This document shows, piece by piece, positions 28,894 to 39,368 of a stretch of DNA of 64,000 nt. A program made the translations under genes and the position numbers. Location: assembly GCA_963666215.2 (NCBI GenBank), contig CAXWPL010000005.1, forward strand, positions 319,331 to 383,330, read 5' to 3'. Every line of letters begins with the position of its first letter. The stretch's first letter is position 1. This DNA comes from Acidobacteriota bacterium (lineage in GTDB: Bacteria; Acidobacteriota; UBA890; WLXD01). Under the pieces are notes generated by a model, which worked only from the letters and a program-made list of their open reading frames with translations, was not told the DNA's origin and searched no databases.

Positions 28894-29211
28894 TCAAGAG
28901 CCTGTTGAAGGTGAAAATTCTTCCGCACGCTTCGATCGTTCGAGCCGGCGGGCCTCGTCAAGAACACGCTCGAGCAACCGCTGCACCGCGGCGTCTTCGA
29001 GGGGGCCGTGGTTCGCTTCCAGGGCCCGCTTGATCACCCGAGCCTCACGATCGGGCTGATAGATCTGGTCACCGGTGACGTTCTTCGCCTCTCCGATGGC
29101 CAGCACGTGTCCTGCACGCTCGCTCAGAAGACCAACGAGCTCGACGTCGATGCGATCGATTTCCACGCGAGCCGCCTCGATCTGTTCCCGAGCTCGTTCC
29201 AAGTCGCTCAT
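28894..29211 (-). CDS. chorismate mutase (AroQ class)
   Basis: 105 aa. RAREQIEAARVEIDRIDVELVGLLSERAGHVLAIGEAK is a typical AroQ helix-1/2 pattern. Confidence 0.85.
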   Translation of the reverse strand: MSDLERAREQIEAARVEIDRIDVELVGLLSERAGHVLAIGEAKNVTGDQIYQPDREARVIKRALEANHGPLEDAAVQRLLERVLDEARRLERSKRAEEFSPSTGS

Positions 29212-29215
29212 GTGT

Positions 29216-30157
29216 CTAGGACGTCCGCGCCGGCGGCGCCGGTTGGCCTTGGTCTGATGACGCCGTGTTCACGTCGCCACTGAGCTCGGCGGCGGCATCC
29301 CTCAAGGCGGCAATCATCTCACCCGCCGCGGCCGCGCAGGCACCGAAATCGTTGGCCTCCTCACGACCTGCGTCAGGGCGCCGGTCCCAGGCCCCGTCAA
29401 TGACCTCGAGCAGGGCGCTGCCAACAACCACCCCGTCGGCGTGGGGCCCGAGCGCCCGCACGTGCGCCGGTGCCTTGATCCCAAAGCCGACCACGAAGGG
29501 TTTTTGAGCCAAACGCCTGACACGTCGGAGAAAATCGACCGTACGCTCATGCACGTCGCCTCGAGCGCCGGTGACTCCGGTGACGGATACGCAGTATGAG
29601 AAATGTGTCGAGAGCTCGTCGACGAGGCGAATGCGATCGTCCGGCGCGTTGGGTGCCACAAGGAACACCGCGGCGAGACCACGCTGCAGGCAACCCTCGC
29701 GATACTCGCTAGCCTCTTCGGGCGGCAAATCGGGAACGATAAGCCCGTCCACGCCGGCTGCGATGGCGTCGTCGAGAAACGACGACAAGCCGTAACGCAG
29801 GATCGGGTTGCAGTAGCCCATCAGGACCAGCGGTAGCTCCCGAGTCGACGGCTGGGCGCGCAGCGCCCGCACAGCGTCGAGCGTCCGCGCCAGGCTAGCG
29901 CCGTTGGCGAGGGCACGCTCGCTGGCACGCTGGATGGTTGGGCCGTCGGCGAGCGGATCGGAGAACGGCACGCCGATCTCGATGATATCGGCGCCGGCGG
30001 CGGCAATCGCCGTCACCAATGGCACGGTAGCGTTGAGCGCCGGATAACCGAACGTCACGAACGGAATCAGCAGCGGACGACCGTCGCGACGCCCCGATGC
30101 CAGGGCGCGCGCCAGCCGCCCCGACTTGTCCTCAGGAACCACCGATGCAGCGCTCAT
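29216..30157 (-). CDS. trpA: tryptophan synthase alpha chain
   Basis: 313 aa. Contains [22 protein letters not shown] overlap with trpB. Confidence 0.93.
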   Translation of the reverse strand: MSAASVVPEDKSGRLARALASGRRDGRPLLIPFVTFGYPALNATVPLVTAIAAAGADIIEIGVPFSDPLADGPTIQRASERALANGASLARTLDAVRALRAQPSTRELPLVLMGYCNPILRYGLSSFLDDAIAAGVDGLIVPDLPPEEASEYREGCLQRGLAAVFLVAPNAPDDRIRLVDELSTHFSYCVSVTGVTGARGDVHERTVDFLRRVRRLAQKPFVVGFGIKAPAHVRALGPHADGVVVGSALLEVIDGAWDRRPDAGREEANDFGACAAAAGEMIAALRDAAAELSGDVNTASSDQGQPAPPARTS

Positions 30158-31407
30158 GCGTCGTCCAGTGCCGCGAGCGTGGCGACGTCCTTGTCACCGC
30201 GTCCGGAAAGGCAAACAACCACTCTGTCGTCTGGATCCAAACGTCCGGTGTCGCCCATCTGCAGCAGGTGGGCGACGGCGTGGGCGGACTCGAGGGCGGG
30301 GATGATTCCCTCGATGAGTGACAGCTGACGCAGCGCGGCGAGCGCCATGTCGTCGGTCACGGCCACGTATTCCGCCCGTCCGGTGGACTTGAGCCAGGCG
30401 TGCTCGGGGCCGACGCCCGGATAGTCGAGGCCGGCCGATATCGAGTGCGCCAGCTGGATTTGGCCGTCGTCGTTCTGCAGCAAGAAAGAACGCGCCCCGT
30501 GCAGCACGCCCGGAGTGCCCACCGAAAGCGTGGCCGAATGCCGTCCGCTGTCGAGCCCTTCGCCCGCCGCCTCAACGCCGATGAGTCTCGGCCCGTCGTC
30601 GATCCAGTCGTGAAACAGGCCGATCGCGTTGCTGCCACCACCAACGCAGGCGAGCAGGATGTCGGGACTCCCCTCCTTCAGCTCGGCGAGCTGCGCCCGC
30701 ACCTCGCGCCCGATCACCGACTGAAAGTCGCGCACCATGGCTGGGTACGGATGCGGGCCGACCACCGAGCCGATGATGTAGAAAGTCCCCTCGACATTCG
30801 TGACCCAATCGCGGATGGCTTCGTTGGTGGCATCTTTGAGCGTTCGACTGCCGGACGACACCGGAACCACGCGAGCTCCGAGCAGATCCATCCGATACAC
30901 GTTCAGCCGCTGACGTCGAATGTCTTCCTCGCCCATGTAGACAACACACTCGAGGCCGAACATTGCGGCCGCGGTGGCGGTTGCAACGCCGTGCTGACCC
31001 GCTCCCGTCTCGGCGATCACCCGGCGCTTGCCCATGCGGCGCGCCAACAATGCCTGACCGAGCGTGTTGTTGATCTTGTGCGCACCCGTATGCAGTAGGT
31101 CCTCGCGCTTGAGCCAAACCCGCGCTCCCACCTCCTCCGACAGCCTCGGCGCGGCGTACAAAGGCGTGGGTCGGCCGGCGTAGGTGGCCAGCAGGTGCTG
31201 CAGCTCGGCCACGAAGTCGGGGGCGGCGAGGGCTTCGCGGTAGGCGGTTTCGAGCTCGAACAGCGCGGGCATGAGCGTTTCGGGAACGTAGCGTCCGCCG
31301 AACTCGCCGAATCGCCCCGAATTGTCGGGAAGAACAGGCCGATCGGAAGTGTCCGACGGATCGGACGGCCCGGGTTGCTCTGGCAGAAACGCGGAGAAGC
31401 GCTTCAT
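30154..31407 (-). CDS. trpB: tryptophan synthase beta chain
   Basis: ORF 30154..31614 trimmed to ATG 31407 (MKRFSAF...), which overlaps the trpF stop as ATGA. PLP-lysine motif [11 protein letters not shown]. Confidence 0.95.
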   Translation of the reverse strand: MKRFSAFLPEQPGPSDPSDTSDRPVLPDNSGRFGEFGGRYVPETLMPALFELETAYREALAAPDFVAELQHLLATYAGRPTPLYAAPRLSEEVGARVWLKREDLLHTGAHKINNTLGQALLARRMGKRRVIAETGAGQHGVATATAAAMFGLECVVYMGEEDIRRQRLNVYRMDLLGARVVPVSSGSRTLKDATNEAIRDWVTNVEGTFYIIGSVVGPHPYPAMVRDFQSVIGREVRAQLAELKEGSPDILLACVGGGSNAIGLFHDWIDDGPRLIGVEAAGEGLDSGRHSATLSVGTPGVLHGARSFLLQNDDGQIQLAHSISAGLDYPGVGPEHAWLKSTGRAEYVAVTDDMALAALRQLSLIEGIIPALESAHAVAHLLQMGDTGRLDPDDRVVVCLSGRGDKDVATLAALDDA

Positions 31408-32042
31408 CGATTCGACTCCAGCGCCGCGGCAAAAGCCCGCAGCTTGGCCCAATCCTTGCGTCCGGGACTCGACTCCACTCCCGACGAAACATCCACCGCC
31501 CAAGGTTGTACCTGGCTCACGGCCGCCGCCACGTTGGACGGGTTGAGTCCGCCGGCCAAAAAAAGCCGATAGCGGCCGGCCAAATGAGCGGCGACGCTCC
31601 AGTTGCCCGTGCAACCCGTGCCGCCGTACAACCGCTTCGAGGCAGTATCAACCAGAAGCGTGCACTCCGGATACCGGGCAGCGAGCGCGTCGGCTTCATC
31701 GATCGTGGTTGCGTCGCTCACTCGCAAGGCCTTGATAGCGTGCCGCGTCAGTGGCGCGACATCTCCATTTGCCCGACTTGGTCGATCACAGTGCAGCTGC
31801 AGAAAATCGAGCCCCACAGCAGCCACGGCTCGATCCATCTCGCCGACCGTGGCGTCGACAAAAACGCCGATCCGCCAGGTCTCCTCCGGCAATCGCGCCG
31901 AAATCGCCGCCGCTCGCTCCAGCGTGACGGCGCGCAGGCTCGGCTCGTAGAAGACGAGACCAATCGCGTCGGCACCCGCCTCGACCGCGGCCATGCCGTC
32001 GTCGGCGGTCGTGATGCCGCACACCTTCCACCGTGGTCTCAC
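31404..32042 (-). CDS. trpF: phosphoribosylanthranilate isomerase
   Basis: ORF 31404..32090. Likely GTG start at 32042 ([11 protein letters not shown]...), which overlaps the trpC stop as GTGA. Confidence 0.88.
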   Translation of the reverse strand: MRPRWKVCGITTADDGMAAVEAGADAIGLVFYEPSLRAVTLERAAAISARLPEETWRIGVFVDATVGEMDRAVAAVGLDFLQLHCDRPSRANGDVAPLTRHAIKALRVSDATTIDEADALAARYPECTLLVDTASKRLYGGTGCTGNWSVAAHLAGRYRLFLAGGLNPSNVAAAVSQVQPWAVDVSSGVESSPGRKDWAKLRAFAAALESNR

Positions 32043-32887
32043 GATGTCTCGCCGTCCGCTTCCGCTTCTGCGGCCAAGTCGGCAAGCCACTCGGCGAGCA
32101 CCGCGCCCGGATCGTCGGCGCGCATGAAGGCGCTGCCGATGAGCGCTCCCTGGTAGCCCACCTGATGGAGTCGAATCAACGTGCTCGGACCCGCGATGCC
32201 GCTCTCAGCAACACGCAGGATGTCCGCGGGAAGATCGGGGGCGATCGCGATCGAGTGCTCCACATCGACGCGCATGGTGCGCAGGTCCCGATTGTTGATG
32301 CCAATCAGACCGCTGCCGCACTCCACGGCAGCCGTCAGCGAACGATACCCATGGACCTCGACCAGGGCGTCGAGGCCGAGGTCGTGCGCTGTGCCCACAA
32401 GATCGGCGAGCTGGCCAGCGGAAAGCACGTTGGCAATCAGCAGCAAGGCGCCCGCGCCAGCGAGCGCGGCCTCGTGCACCTGGTAGGTATCGACGATGAA
32501 GTCCTTGCGTAAGGTGGGCACCTCCACCGCTGCGGAGACTGCCCGCAGGTCGTCGAGTGAGCCATCGAAGTAGTGCTCTTCGGTGAGCACCGACACCGCC
32601 ACCGCGCCGGCAGACTGATAGCCCGTGGCGATAAACACCGAATCGAAGTCCTCCGAATCGTCGGTGGGACGTAGCGGGCCCGACAGCGGGCTCGCCGCCT
32701 TGACCTCGGCGATGATGGCGATGGACGGTCCCCTCAGAGCGTCCCGCAAACGACCGCCTTCGGGAAGCACCCGATCGGCCAGCCGGGCCCGTAGATCGGC
32801 CTCCGGACGGGCCCGCCGGCGCACCTCGGTTGTGGCGCCGGCGGCCGCGACGAGCTCGTCGAGCGTGATCGTGCTCGTGTTCTTCAA
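32039..32887 (-). CDS. trpC: indole-3-glycerol phosphate synthase
   Basis: ORF 32039..33208. The upstream 100 codons are Arg-rich and overlap trpD out of frame. Likely TTG start at 32887 (LKNTSTITLDEL...), giving a TTGA overlap with the trpD stop. Motif IIAEVKAASPLSG. Confidence 0.85.
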   Translation of the reverse strand: MKNTSTITLDELVAAAGATTEVRRRARPEADLRARLADRVLPEGGRLRDALRGPSIAIIAEVKAASPLSGPLRPTDDSEDFDSVFIATGYQSAGAVAVSVLTEEHYFDGSLDDLRAVSAAVEVPTLRKDFIVDTYQVHEAALAGAGALLLIANVLSAGQLADLVGTAHDLGLDALVEVHGYRSLTAAVECGSGLIGINNRDLRTMRVDVEHSIAIAPDLPADILRVAESGIAGPSTLIRLHQVGYQGALIGSAFMRADDPGAVLAEWLADLAAEAEADGETS

Positions 32888-33942
32888 CGCAACCTCGGCG
32901 TATTGTGCGCGCCACCGGTCGCGGCGACGAGAGCCTCGAGCGTGGCTGCCGCGTCGCCCTCGTCGACGGAAGCACGCGACGCCTCGAGTCCGTCGGCCAG
33001 CGAGCCCACGACACCGGCAACACACAAGGCCGCCGCAGCGTTCAGCACCACGATGTCGCGAGGCGCCCCGGGTTCGCCATCCAACAATCGCCGGATGATG
33101 TCGGCGTTCTGTGCAGCGTCTCCACCGGCAAGCGCGTCGGGCGCGGCGATCTCGAGGCCGAGCTCCCGCGGCTCGATGCGCCAGGAGCGCACGCGCTCGC
33201 CGTCCCACTCGGCCACCTCGGTCGGCCCGAGGGTGGAAATCTCGTCCAGGTCGCCGGCTCCATGCACAACCATCGCGCGCTCCGACCCGAGCTGGCCGAG
33301 GACGCTGGCAACGGGCTCGATCCAGCTACCGTCGTACACCCCGAGCAGCTGCCGGGGGGCGAGCGCCGGATTGGTCAGCGGGCCGAGCAGATTAAATACG
33401 GTCCGCACACCAAGCTCTCGACGTGGGCCCACAGCGTGCTTCATCGCCGGGTGCTGGAGCGGCGCGAACATGAAGGCGAAGCCGGCGCTCTGTAAGCAGC
33501 GCTGCAGCACCGTCGGGTCGTCGGTGAGTACCACACCGAGCTCCTCGAGAACATCGGCGCTGCCGCACCTGCTCGATACCGAGCGGTTGCCATGCTTGGC
33601 GATCTTGGCACCGGCGCCGGCTGCCACCAGCGCGGCTGTTGTCGAAATGTTGAACGTCTCGGCGCCGTCACCGCCCGTGCCACAGGTGTCGACGAGGTTG
33701 TCGGCGGGCAGGTTCACGTGCGTGGCCGCGGCGCGCATCGCCTCGGCGAAACCGGTGATCTCGTCGACCGTCTCCCCCCGCATACGCAGCGCCACCAGAA
33801 ATCCGGCGATCTGCGTTGCCGACGCTTGGCCGTCCATGATCAACCGCATCGCGGCGCGAGCATCGGCGCGATCGAGCCGCTCGCCGATGAGCAGACGCCC
33901 GAGCACCGCCTTCAGCGCGCTCGATTCGCTTGATTCGCTCAC
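32884..33942 (-). CDS. trpD: anthranilate phosphoribosyltransferase
   Basis: 352 aa, GTG start overlapping the trpG stop (GTGA). Motif DTCGTGGDGAETFNIST. Confidence 0.93.
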   Translation of the reverse strand: MSESSESSALKAVLGRLLIGERLDRADARAAMRLIMDGQASATQIAGFLVALRMRGETVDEITGFAEAMRAAATHVNLPADNLVDTCGTGGDGAETFNISTTAALVAAGAGAKIAKHGNRSVSSRCGSADVLEELGVVLTDDPTVLQRCLQSAGFAFMFAPLQHPAMKHAVGPRRELGVRTVFNLLGPLTNPALAPRQLLGVYDGSWIEPVASVLGQLGSERAMVVHGAGDLDEISTLGPTEVAEWDGERVRSWRIEPRELGLEIAAPDALAGGDAAQNADIIRRLLDGEPGAPRDIVVLNAAAALCVAGVVGSLADGLEASRASVDEGDAAATLEALVAATGGAHNTPRLR

Positions 33943-34583
33943 GATCGAGGTATGCGCGCTGTGTCGCCGTCGACGTCGGCTTGTGTCAATCGGAGAAAAT
34001 TCTGCAGCAGCAGCGGACCGTCGGGACAGGCGATTGATTCGGGATGAAACTGCACCCCGTGTATCGGATACGTGGCGTGGCGCATGCCCATCACGAGGCC
34101 GTCGCTTGTTGTGGCGTTGACGAGCAGGGGCGCGGGACTCGAGTCGGGGATCGAGCTCGGGACGGAGATCGGGATCGAATCAGGGCGCACAACTAGCGAG
34201 TGGTAGCGCGTCGCCACGAACGGATTGGGCAGCTCCGTGAACACACCCGTTGCGTCGTGACTAACGCTGGCCGTCTTGCCATGAACAATCTCCGGAGCTC
34301 GATCAACGCACGCGCCAAAGGCAATGCCGATGGCCTGGTGGCCCAGACACACGCCGAGCATCGGTGTGGTCGGGCCGATCTCACTCACCAGCGCCACACA
34401 AATGCCAGCGTCCTCGGGCCGTCCCGGGCCGGGCGAGAGCACGATGCCGCTGGGCGCCAGCTCGCGGACACCGTCGATGTCGATGGCATCGTTCCGCCTC
34501 ACCTCCACGTGGGCGCCGAGCGAGCCGATCGCCTGCACGAGATTGAAGGTGAACGAATCGTAGTTGTCGACCACGAGAATCAC
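33939..34583 (-). CDS. trpG: anthranilate synthase component II (glutamine amidotransferase)
   Basis: ORF 33939..34778 trimmed to GTG 34583 (VILVVDNYDSFTFNLVQ...), which overlaps the trpE stop as GTGA. Catalytic GVCLGHQ and FHPES. Confidence 0.9.
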   Translation of the reverse strand: MILVVDNYDSFTFNLVQAIGSLGAHVEVRRNDAIDIDGVRELAPSGIVLSPGPGRPEDAGICVALVSEIGPTTPMLGVCLGHQAIGIAFGACVDRAPEIVHGKTASVSHDATGVFTELPNPFVATRYHSLVVRPDSIPISVPSSIPDSSPAPLLVNATTSDGLVMGMRHATYPIHGVQFHPESIACPDGPLLLQNFLRLTQADVDGDTARIPRS

Positions 34584-36124
34584 TCTTCTTCTTCCTTGTC
34601 GCTTGCTGCACGAACCGCCGCGGCCGCCTCGGCCCATTCGAGAGCCTGCAACGATGCCGCGGCCTTCTCGGACGTCTCGGCGAGCTCCCGGCGCGGGCTG
34701 GAGTCGGCCACGATTCCCGCCCCCACCTGCACGTAGGCCGTGGTGCCCTTCATGACAATCGTGCGAATGGCAATGCACGAGTCGAGATTGCCGGAGAAGT
34801 CGGCATACAGAATTGCACCGGCGTACACGCCGCGCGCCGTCGGCTCGAGCTCGTCGATGATCTCCATGGCGCGGATCTTCGGAGCACCCGAAACGGTGCC
34901 GGCGGGAAAGCTGGCAAACAACGCCTCCGCCGGACTCACCCCCTCGCGAAGCTTACCGCGCACCGACGAAACCAGATGCATCACGTGAGAGTAACGCTCG
35001 ACCGTCATGAACTGCGGCACGGTAACCGTGCCGTACTCGGCCACGCGCCCGATGTCGTTGCGGCCGAGATCGACGAGCATGAGGTGCTCGGCGCGCTCCT
35101 TCTCGTCGGCCAGCAACTGCGCCGCCAGCGCCGCGTCGACCTCCGGGTTGACGTCGCGCCGACGTGTGCCAGCGATCGGCCTGTTCTCGATCCAGCCCTC
35201 CTCGAGGCGCACGAGCATCTCCGGCGACGACCCCACGATGTGGGCCGTCCCGGTGTCGAGACAGAACATGTATGGTGACGGATTCACGGCTCGAAGCGCG
35301 CGGTAGACGGTGAGAGGATCGGCCTGCGTCTGGCAGGCCAAACGCCGCGACAGCACGATCTGGAACGCGTCGCCGGCGGCGATGTAGTCGCGCGCGCTTT
35401 CGACCGCGGCACAGAAATCGGCGTCGGCGATGTTGCACTGCGTCTCGAGCGTTGTGTGCTCGGGCAAATCGACCGCGTCGAGCGGCGCGGCGTCGAGCGG
35501 CTCGCCGTCGAGGACCGCGGCGAGCTCGTCGATTTGTTCATGCGCGCGTGAGTACGCGGCACGTAGGCCGCCGCGGTCGTGCGGGTCGTCGATGCGTGCG
35601 TTGGCCACCAAGAGGATCCGGTGACGCAGGTGATCGAACGCGATCAGTCGATCGTAGTAGGCGAGGTACAACCACGGCAGCTGTGGATCCGCAGGGTTGC
35701 GATTGGGTACACGCTCGATCCAGCGAATCGCGTCGTAGCCCAGATAGCCCACGCCGCCGCCACTGAACGGCGGCCCACCTGGAGCCACCGGCGCGGCGCG
35801 AAAGCTCGCCTGGATGGCCGCGAGCTGGCCCACGGGGTTACCGTCGAGTCGGCGCGGCTCGCGGCCGGGCCGGCGTACTTCTAGGCCGTCCGCGTCGCCG
35901 ACCAGCTCGAGAAACGGGTCGCCACCCAGGAAGGAATAGCGGCCGACGTGCTCACCTCCCTCGGCACTCTCGAGCAGGAAGGGCCGCCGCATCCGGCCGA
36001 CGACCTTGAGCATCTCCCCCACCGGGGTCGACAGGTCGCCCAGACGCTCGCTGTAGACCGGCACGATGTTGCCAAGCGCAGCGGCACGCTCGAAGTCGGC
36101 GAAGTTGGGGGCGAGCTTGGGCAT
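34580..36124 (-). CDS. trpE: anthranilate synthase component I
   Basis: 514 aa. Chorismate-binding C-terminal domain with GTVSGAPKIRAMEII and VQVGAGIVADS. Confidence 0.93.
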   Translation of the reverse strand: MPKLAPNFADFERAAALGNIVPVYSERLGDLSTPVGEMLKVVGRMRRPFLLESAEGGEHVGRYSFLGGDPFLELVGDADGLEVRRPGREPRRLDGNPVGQLAAIQASFRAAPVAPGGPPFSGGGVGYLGYDAIRWIERVPNRNPADPQLPWLYLAYYDRLIAFDHLRHRILLVANARIDDPHDRGGLRAAYSRAHEQIDELAAVLDGEPLDAAPLDAVDLPEHTTLETQCNIADADFCAAVESARDYIAAGDAFQIVLSRRLACQTQADPLTVYRALRAVNPSPYMFCLDTGTAHIVGSSPEMLVRLEEGWIENRPIAGTRRRDVNPEVDAALAAQLLADEKERAEHLMLVDLGRNDIGRVAEYGTVTVPQFMTVERYSHVMHLVSSVRGKLREGVSPAEALFASFPAGTVSGAPKIRAMEIIDELEPTARGVYAGAILYADFSGNLDSCIAIRTIVMKGTTAYVQVGAGIVADSSPRRELAETSEKAAASLQALEWAEAAAAVRAASDKEEEE

Positions 36125-36142
36125 GAGTTGACCGATGGCTGA

Positions 36143-36919
36143 TTAGCTCTGCCCCATCCAGGCCACGAAGGCCGAAAAGAGGGCGGCGAGCGCCCAGATC
36201 ACGATGCCAATGATCGTCCCCTGGCCGCGCCGAAGCGCCATCAAACGTTCGCACCCCAGCGCCACCAAGACGATCCACCAAATATTGAACATATCGACGC
36301 GCTGCAGCAGGGTGCGAACAGCGGCAGAGACGTCCAGACCACCCAGGAACGTGTCCAGGCCCAGGGTTGGCACGGCTTCCGCGACATCCGACATGCGACG
36401 AATCTCGGGCGGCTTCATATCCCAGACGAGGACCGTGAAGCAGGTGGACACCAGCGGATGCGCAACGGACGCCACGCTGGCCACCCCGAAGGCGCCGCCG
36501 AACTTGCTGCTGCCGCCGAACAAGGTGGATCCGATCCAGATCAGAAGTGAGATCAGCGCCACCATGATCGCGAAGAAGACATTGCCAAGCAGCGCGAGGT
36601 AGGGCGCCATCCGATCGATGCGCTCGACGACCCGCGTCATCTGCTCGGCGTCCATCGTCCCCTGCGCCGCTTGTTCGATAAAACCGACGCGCCCGATCTG
36701 ACGCGTGATGTCGACGGTTTGTGTGCTCAGCAACAAGATGCTGACCATCGTCCAGAGAAGAATCCACAGGGCAAGCATTGGGCGTTGCTGCAGTGCGTCG
36801 AAGGCCCGACCAGGGGCGAAAAGAGCGTTCACGAACGGCCCGAATATCGCAGCAACGCCGCGTAGTTCTTCGGGCTCGTCGACCGTCTCAACGCGATCGG
36901 GCTGGTCGTTCGCTTCCAT
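36143..36919 (-). CDS. Yip1 domain membrane protein
   Basis: 258 aa with 5 TM-like segments. N-terminal FVNALFAPGRAFDAL resembles the Yip1/DUF1282 family. The stop lies 18 nt before the trpE start. Confidence 0.6.
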   Translation of the reverse strand: MEANDQPDRVETVDEPEELRGVAAIFGPFVNALFAPGRAFDALQQRPMLALWILLWTMVSILLLSTQTVDITRQIGRVGFIEQAAQGTMDAEQMTRVVERIDRMAPYLALLGNVFFAIMVALISLLIWIGSTLFGGSSKFGGAFGVASVASVAHPLVSTCFTVLVWDMKPPEIRRMSDVAEAVPTLGLDTFLGGLDVSAAVRTLLQRVDMFNIWWIVLVALGCERLMALRRGQGTIIGIVIWALAALFSAFVAWMGQS

Positions 36920-36975
36920 CGCGGACTCCTTTTCGAGAGCGGGCCAGTGGCGCTCAGGCTCCTCGATCTATGGGC

Positions 36976-38751
36976 TCAGGATCCTTGGACACCGCAAACA
37001 CCTACAGCCAGCGCCGCCAGCGCCGCGCTGCGCATGGGCTCCATCGGAGGCTCTCGATCGAACCACAGGCGGTACTGCTCGGCCGCCTGCAACAAGAACA
37101 TCTCGAGCCCCGGAACGGTGACGCAGCCGCGCTCCGCCGCGCCACGCAGCAGTGCGGTTTCAAGCGGACGATAGACCATGTCGAGCACGACCTCATCTCC
37201 GTTCAACCAAGCGGTCGGAATCGCCGTGTCAGCGGCGTCCTTCATGCCGACCGACGTTGCGTCTACGAGCACGTCGCAGCCCTCATTCGGAAAATCGTCG
37301 AGCGCGCCGAAGCTCGCCCGCCCTCTCTGGCCGGCAATCTTCGAGTCAACGTCGGCGGACCCCGGCGTCACGGGGGCGACCGCGATCACCGCACTGGCGA
37401 CCTCTGCCGCCAGATCCGCCAACTCCCTGGCGCGCTCGAGGGTGCGATTGAGCACACGCACCCGTGCGCCCGCCTCGGCAAGGGCGACGACGGCACCGCG
37501 AGCGGCGCCTCCCGCTCCGAGCACCGTCGCCCGCGCGTCGCGCAGTTGCAGGTGCGGCATCAGCGCGCCCACAACGCCGGTGCCGTCGGTGTTGTGCCCA
37601 CGCCAACCGCTCTCACCCGCGACCAGCGTGTTGACCGCGCCAATGCGTCGAGCCGTTTCGGAAACCTCCGCGCAACTGCGCAACACCGCCTGCTTGTGGG
37701 GCATGGTCACGCTGAGGCCACGGATACCGACGTGCTCGGCCAAACGCAGCACCGCCGGCAAGTCCGCGCCGCCCATTGGTAGGTAAGCCGCGGCGAGCTC
37801 TTGATCTGCGAAGGCGGCGTTGAAGATCAACGGCGACAGCGAGTGCTCAACTGGATCACCGAGCACGCCGTAGAGCGCGCTGGCTGAGCTCCAGCGGTGC
37901 GTTCGGAGAGCGGCGAGATCGTCGAGGCTCCACTGGCCCGTTGCCGTCGGGGCGGAGGAAGCGGCGGGGGCGAGGGCGTCCGACTCGCGGGCGTAGATCC
38001 AGCAGCCGCCTTGGGCGAGCGCCAGCAAGCGGCTGGCTCGACCCTCCTCGTCCATGCAGAACGCCGTGGCGTGTTGGCCAGCGGCGACGAGCTCGCGCAG
38101 AGCATCCAGCAGCGGAATCGCGTCCGCTGGCGATCGGGCCGGAGCCACGAGCTTGACGACGGCAGGTCGTAGCTCCAGACAGGCTTTGATCCTCGATTCG
38201 AGCTCGGCGCGACCCGCGACATCGGCGAGATTGATGGGCGCGGCAGCATGCCACGACAATACGACTCGGTCGCCGACCTCCCCCACGAGCTCGGCCGCTG
38301 ATGCCGCCTCGAGCTCCACATCGATGTACGCCGCACCGGCGTCGAGCGCCCGTCGCAGCAGCTGGATACGCTCGACCTCAGAACTGCTCGCGCCAACGTC
38401 AGCGTTGGATTCAGCGCCGTAGCCGCCCCCCTCCCAGCGCGGGCGACAGGTCACAATGAGCGGCACCGCGGCACGGGCGCACAGATCCGCGAGCTCGGCC
38501 GTCGAAAGGCTCTCAGCGGGCCGATCGCGCAATGCGTCCAGACGGATCTCGATCAGGTCCACCCGAGTCGCACGGCCACGAGCGGCAGATCCGGGCGACG
38601 TCGACGGCAATCCCGACTGCCGGCCAGCCGCTCGCGCTTCTGGCGTTCTGTTGGCCCGCGCTGCGTTCACCGCGGCGAGGCGCTGCTGCAACTCGGTCAG
38701 GCTCCCAGCAGCCAAGCTCAGGCAAACACCGCCTGCCGGGACGGCGCTCAT
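36976..38751 (-). CDS. bifunctional 3-dehydroquinate dehydratase (type I) / shikimate dehydrogenase fusion
   Basis: ORF 36976..38970 trimmed to ATG 38751 (MSAVPAGGVCLSL...), giving an ATGA overlap with the JAMM stop. The N-terminal half is AroD-like (VDLIEIRLDAL...PLIVTCR). The C-terminal half is AroE-like (YGVLGDPVEHSLSPLIFNAAF, NTDG, VLGAGGAARG). Confidence 0.85.
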   Translation of the reverse strand: MSAVPAGGVCLSLAAGSLTELQQRLAAVNAARANRTPEARAAGRQSGLPSTSPGSAARGRATRVDLIEIRLDALRDRPAESLSTAELADLCARAAVPLIVTCRPRWEGGGYGAESNADVGASSSEVERIQLLRRALDAGAAYIDVELEAASAAELVGEVGDRVVLSWHAAAPINLADVAGRAELESRIKACLELRPAVVKLVAPARSPADAIPLLDALRELVAAGQHATAFCMDEEGRASRLLALAQGGCWIYARESDALAPAASSAPTATGQWSLDDLAALRTHRWSSASALYGVLGDPVEHSLSPLIFNAAFADQELAAAYLPMGGADLPAVLRLAEHVGIRGLSVTMPHKQAVLRSCAEVSETARRIGAVNTLVAGESGWRGHNTDGTGVVGALMPHLQLRDARATVLGAGGAARGAVVALAEAGARVRVLNRTLERARELADLAAEVASAVIAVAPVTPGSADVDSKIAGQRGRASFGALDDFPNEGCDVLVDATSVGMKDAADTAIPTAWLNGDEVVLDMVYRPLETALLRGAAERGCVTVPGLEMFLLQAAEQYRLWFDREPPMEPMRSAALAALAVGVCGVQGS

Positions 38752-39368
38752 CGCGATCGGCCTGCGCCGCCGCTGGCTACCGACGTCGCTGGCGGCGCGC
38801 CGTCGGACGGCAGAGCGGCCGATGGTTCCATCGGCGAGCTCTGCCGTCGAAATTGTGGTTCGGCGGCGGCGTCGCAGATGGGCACCGGTTGCGCAACCCC
38901 ACCCGCGATCCGCCAGCAGCACACGTCGGTGCCACCATCGGCGTCGCAGCTCACGATCACGTGGAGCCACTCTCCCCAGGCGTCGTCAATATCGACTTGC
39001 GACGGCCGTGCTCGGGCGTCCGGATGCGAGTGGTAGGCACCAACCAGGACGAGATCGTCAGCACGGCTGGCGCGCATCGTCTCCCAGACCTGGCGCGCAT
39101 CAATCAAGAAGCGGTCCCCACGCGCTGCAGCGTTGGCGGCTGGCGTGGCTCGCACCACGCGCGAAACACGGGAGCCGCGCGCGTCGGCCTCGTGCGTCCC
39201 GGCAAGGAGTCCGCAGGCTTCGCGCGGGTAGGCTTCCATTGCTTCACCACGGAGCTGTTGGGCGACCGCCTCCGGAAGCACGAGGCGATCGATCGTGGTC
39301 GACGCGGGCCGATTCTCCCCTTCTCGCGGCCGGGCGTCTCCGCCGCCGCGACCGTCTGCCGCCGTCAC
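38748..39368 (-). CDS. JAMM/MPN+ (Mov34) family metalloprotease
   Basis: ORF 38748..39434. Likely GTG start at 39368, overlapping the E1 stop as GTGA. Motif EACGLL...GAYHSHPDARARPSQVD (E...HxHx7Sx2D). Confidence 0.85.
   Translation of the reverse strand: MTAADGRGGGDARPREGENRPASTTIDRLVLPEAVAQQLRGEAMEAYPREACGLLAGTHEADARGSRVSRVVRATPAANAAARGDRFLIDARQVWETMRASRADDLVLVGAYHSHPDARARPSQVDIDDAWGEWLHVIVSCDADGGTDVCCWRIAGGVAQPVPICDAAAEPQFRRQSSPMEPSAALPSDGAPPATSVASGGAGRSR

Noticed and set aside
36125-36142. Looked for a trp leader peptide or attenuator upstream of trpE
   Set aside because: Only 18 nt separate the Yip1 stop from the trpE start, so there is no room for a leader ORF or alternative hairpins.
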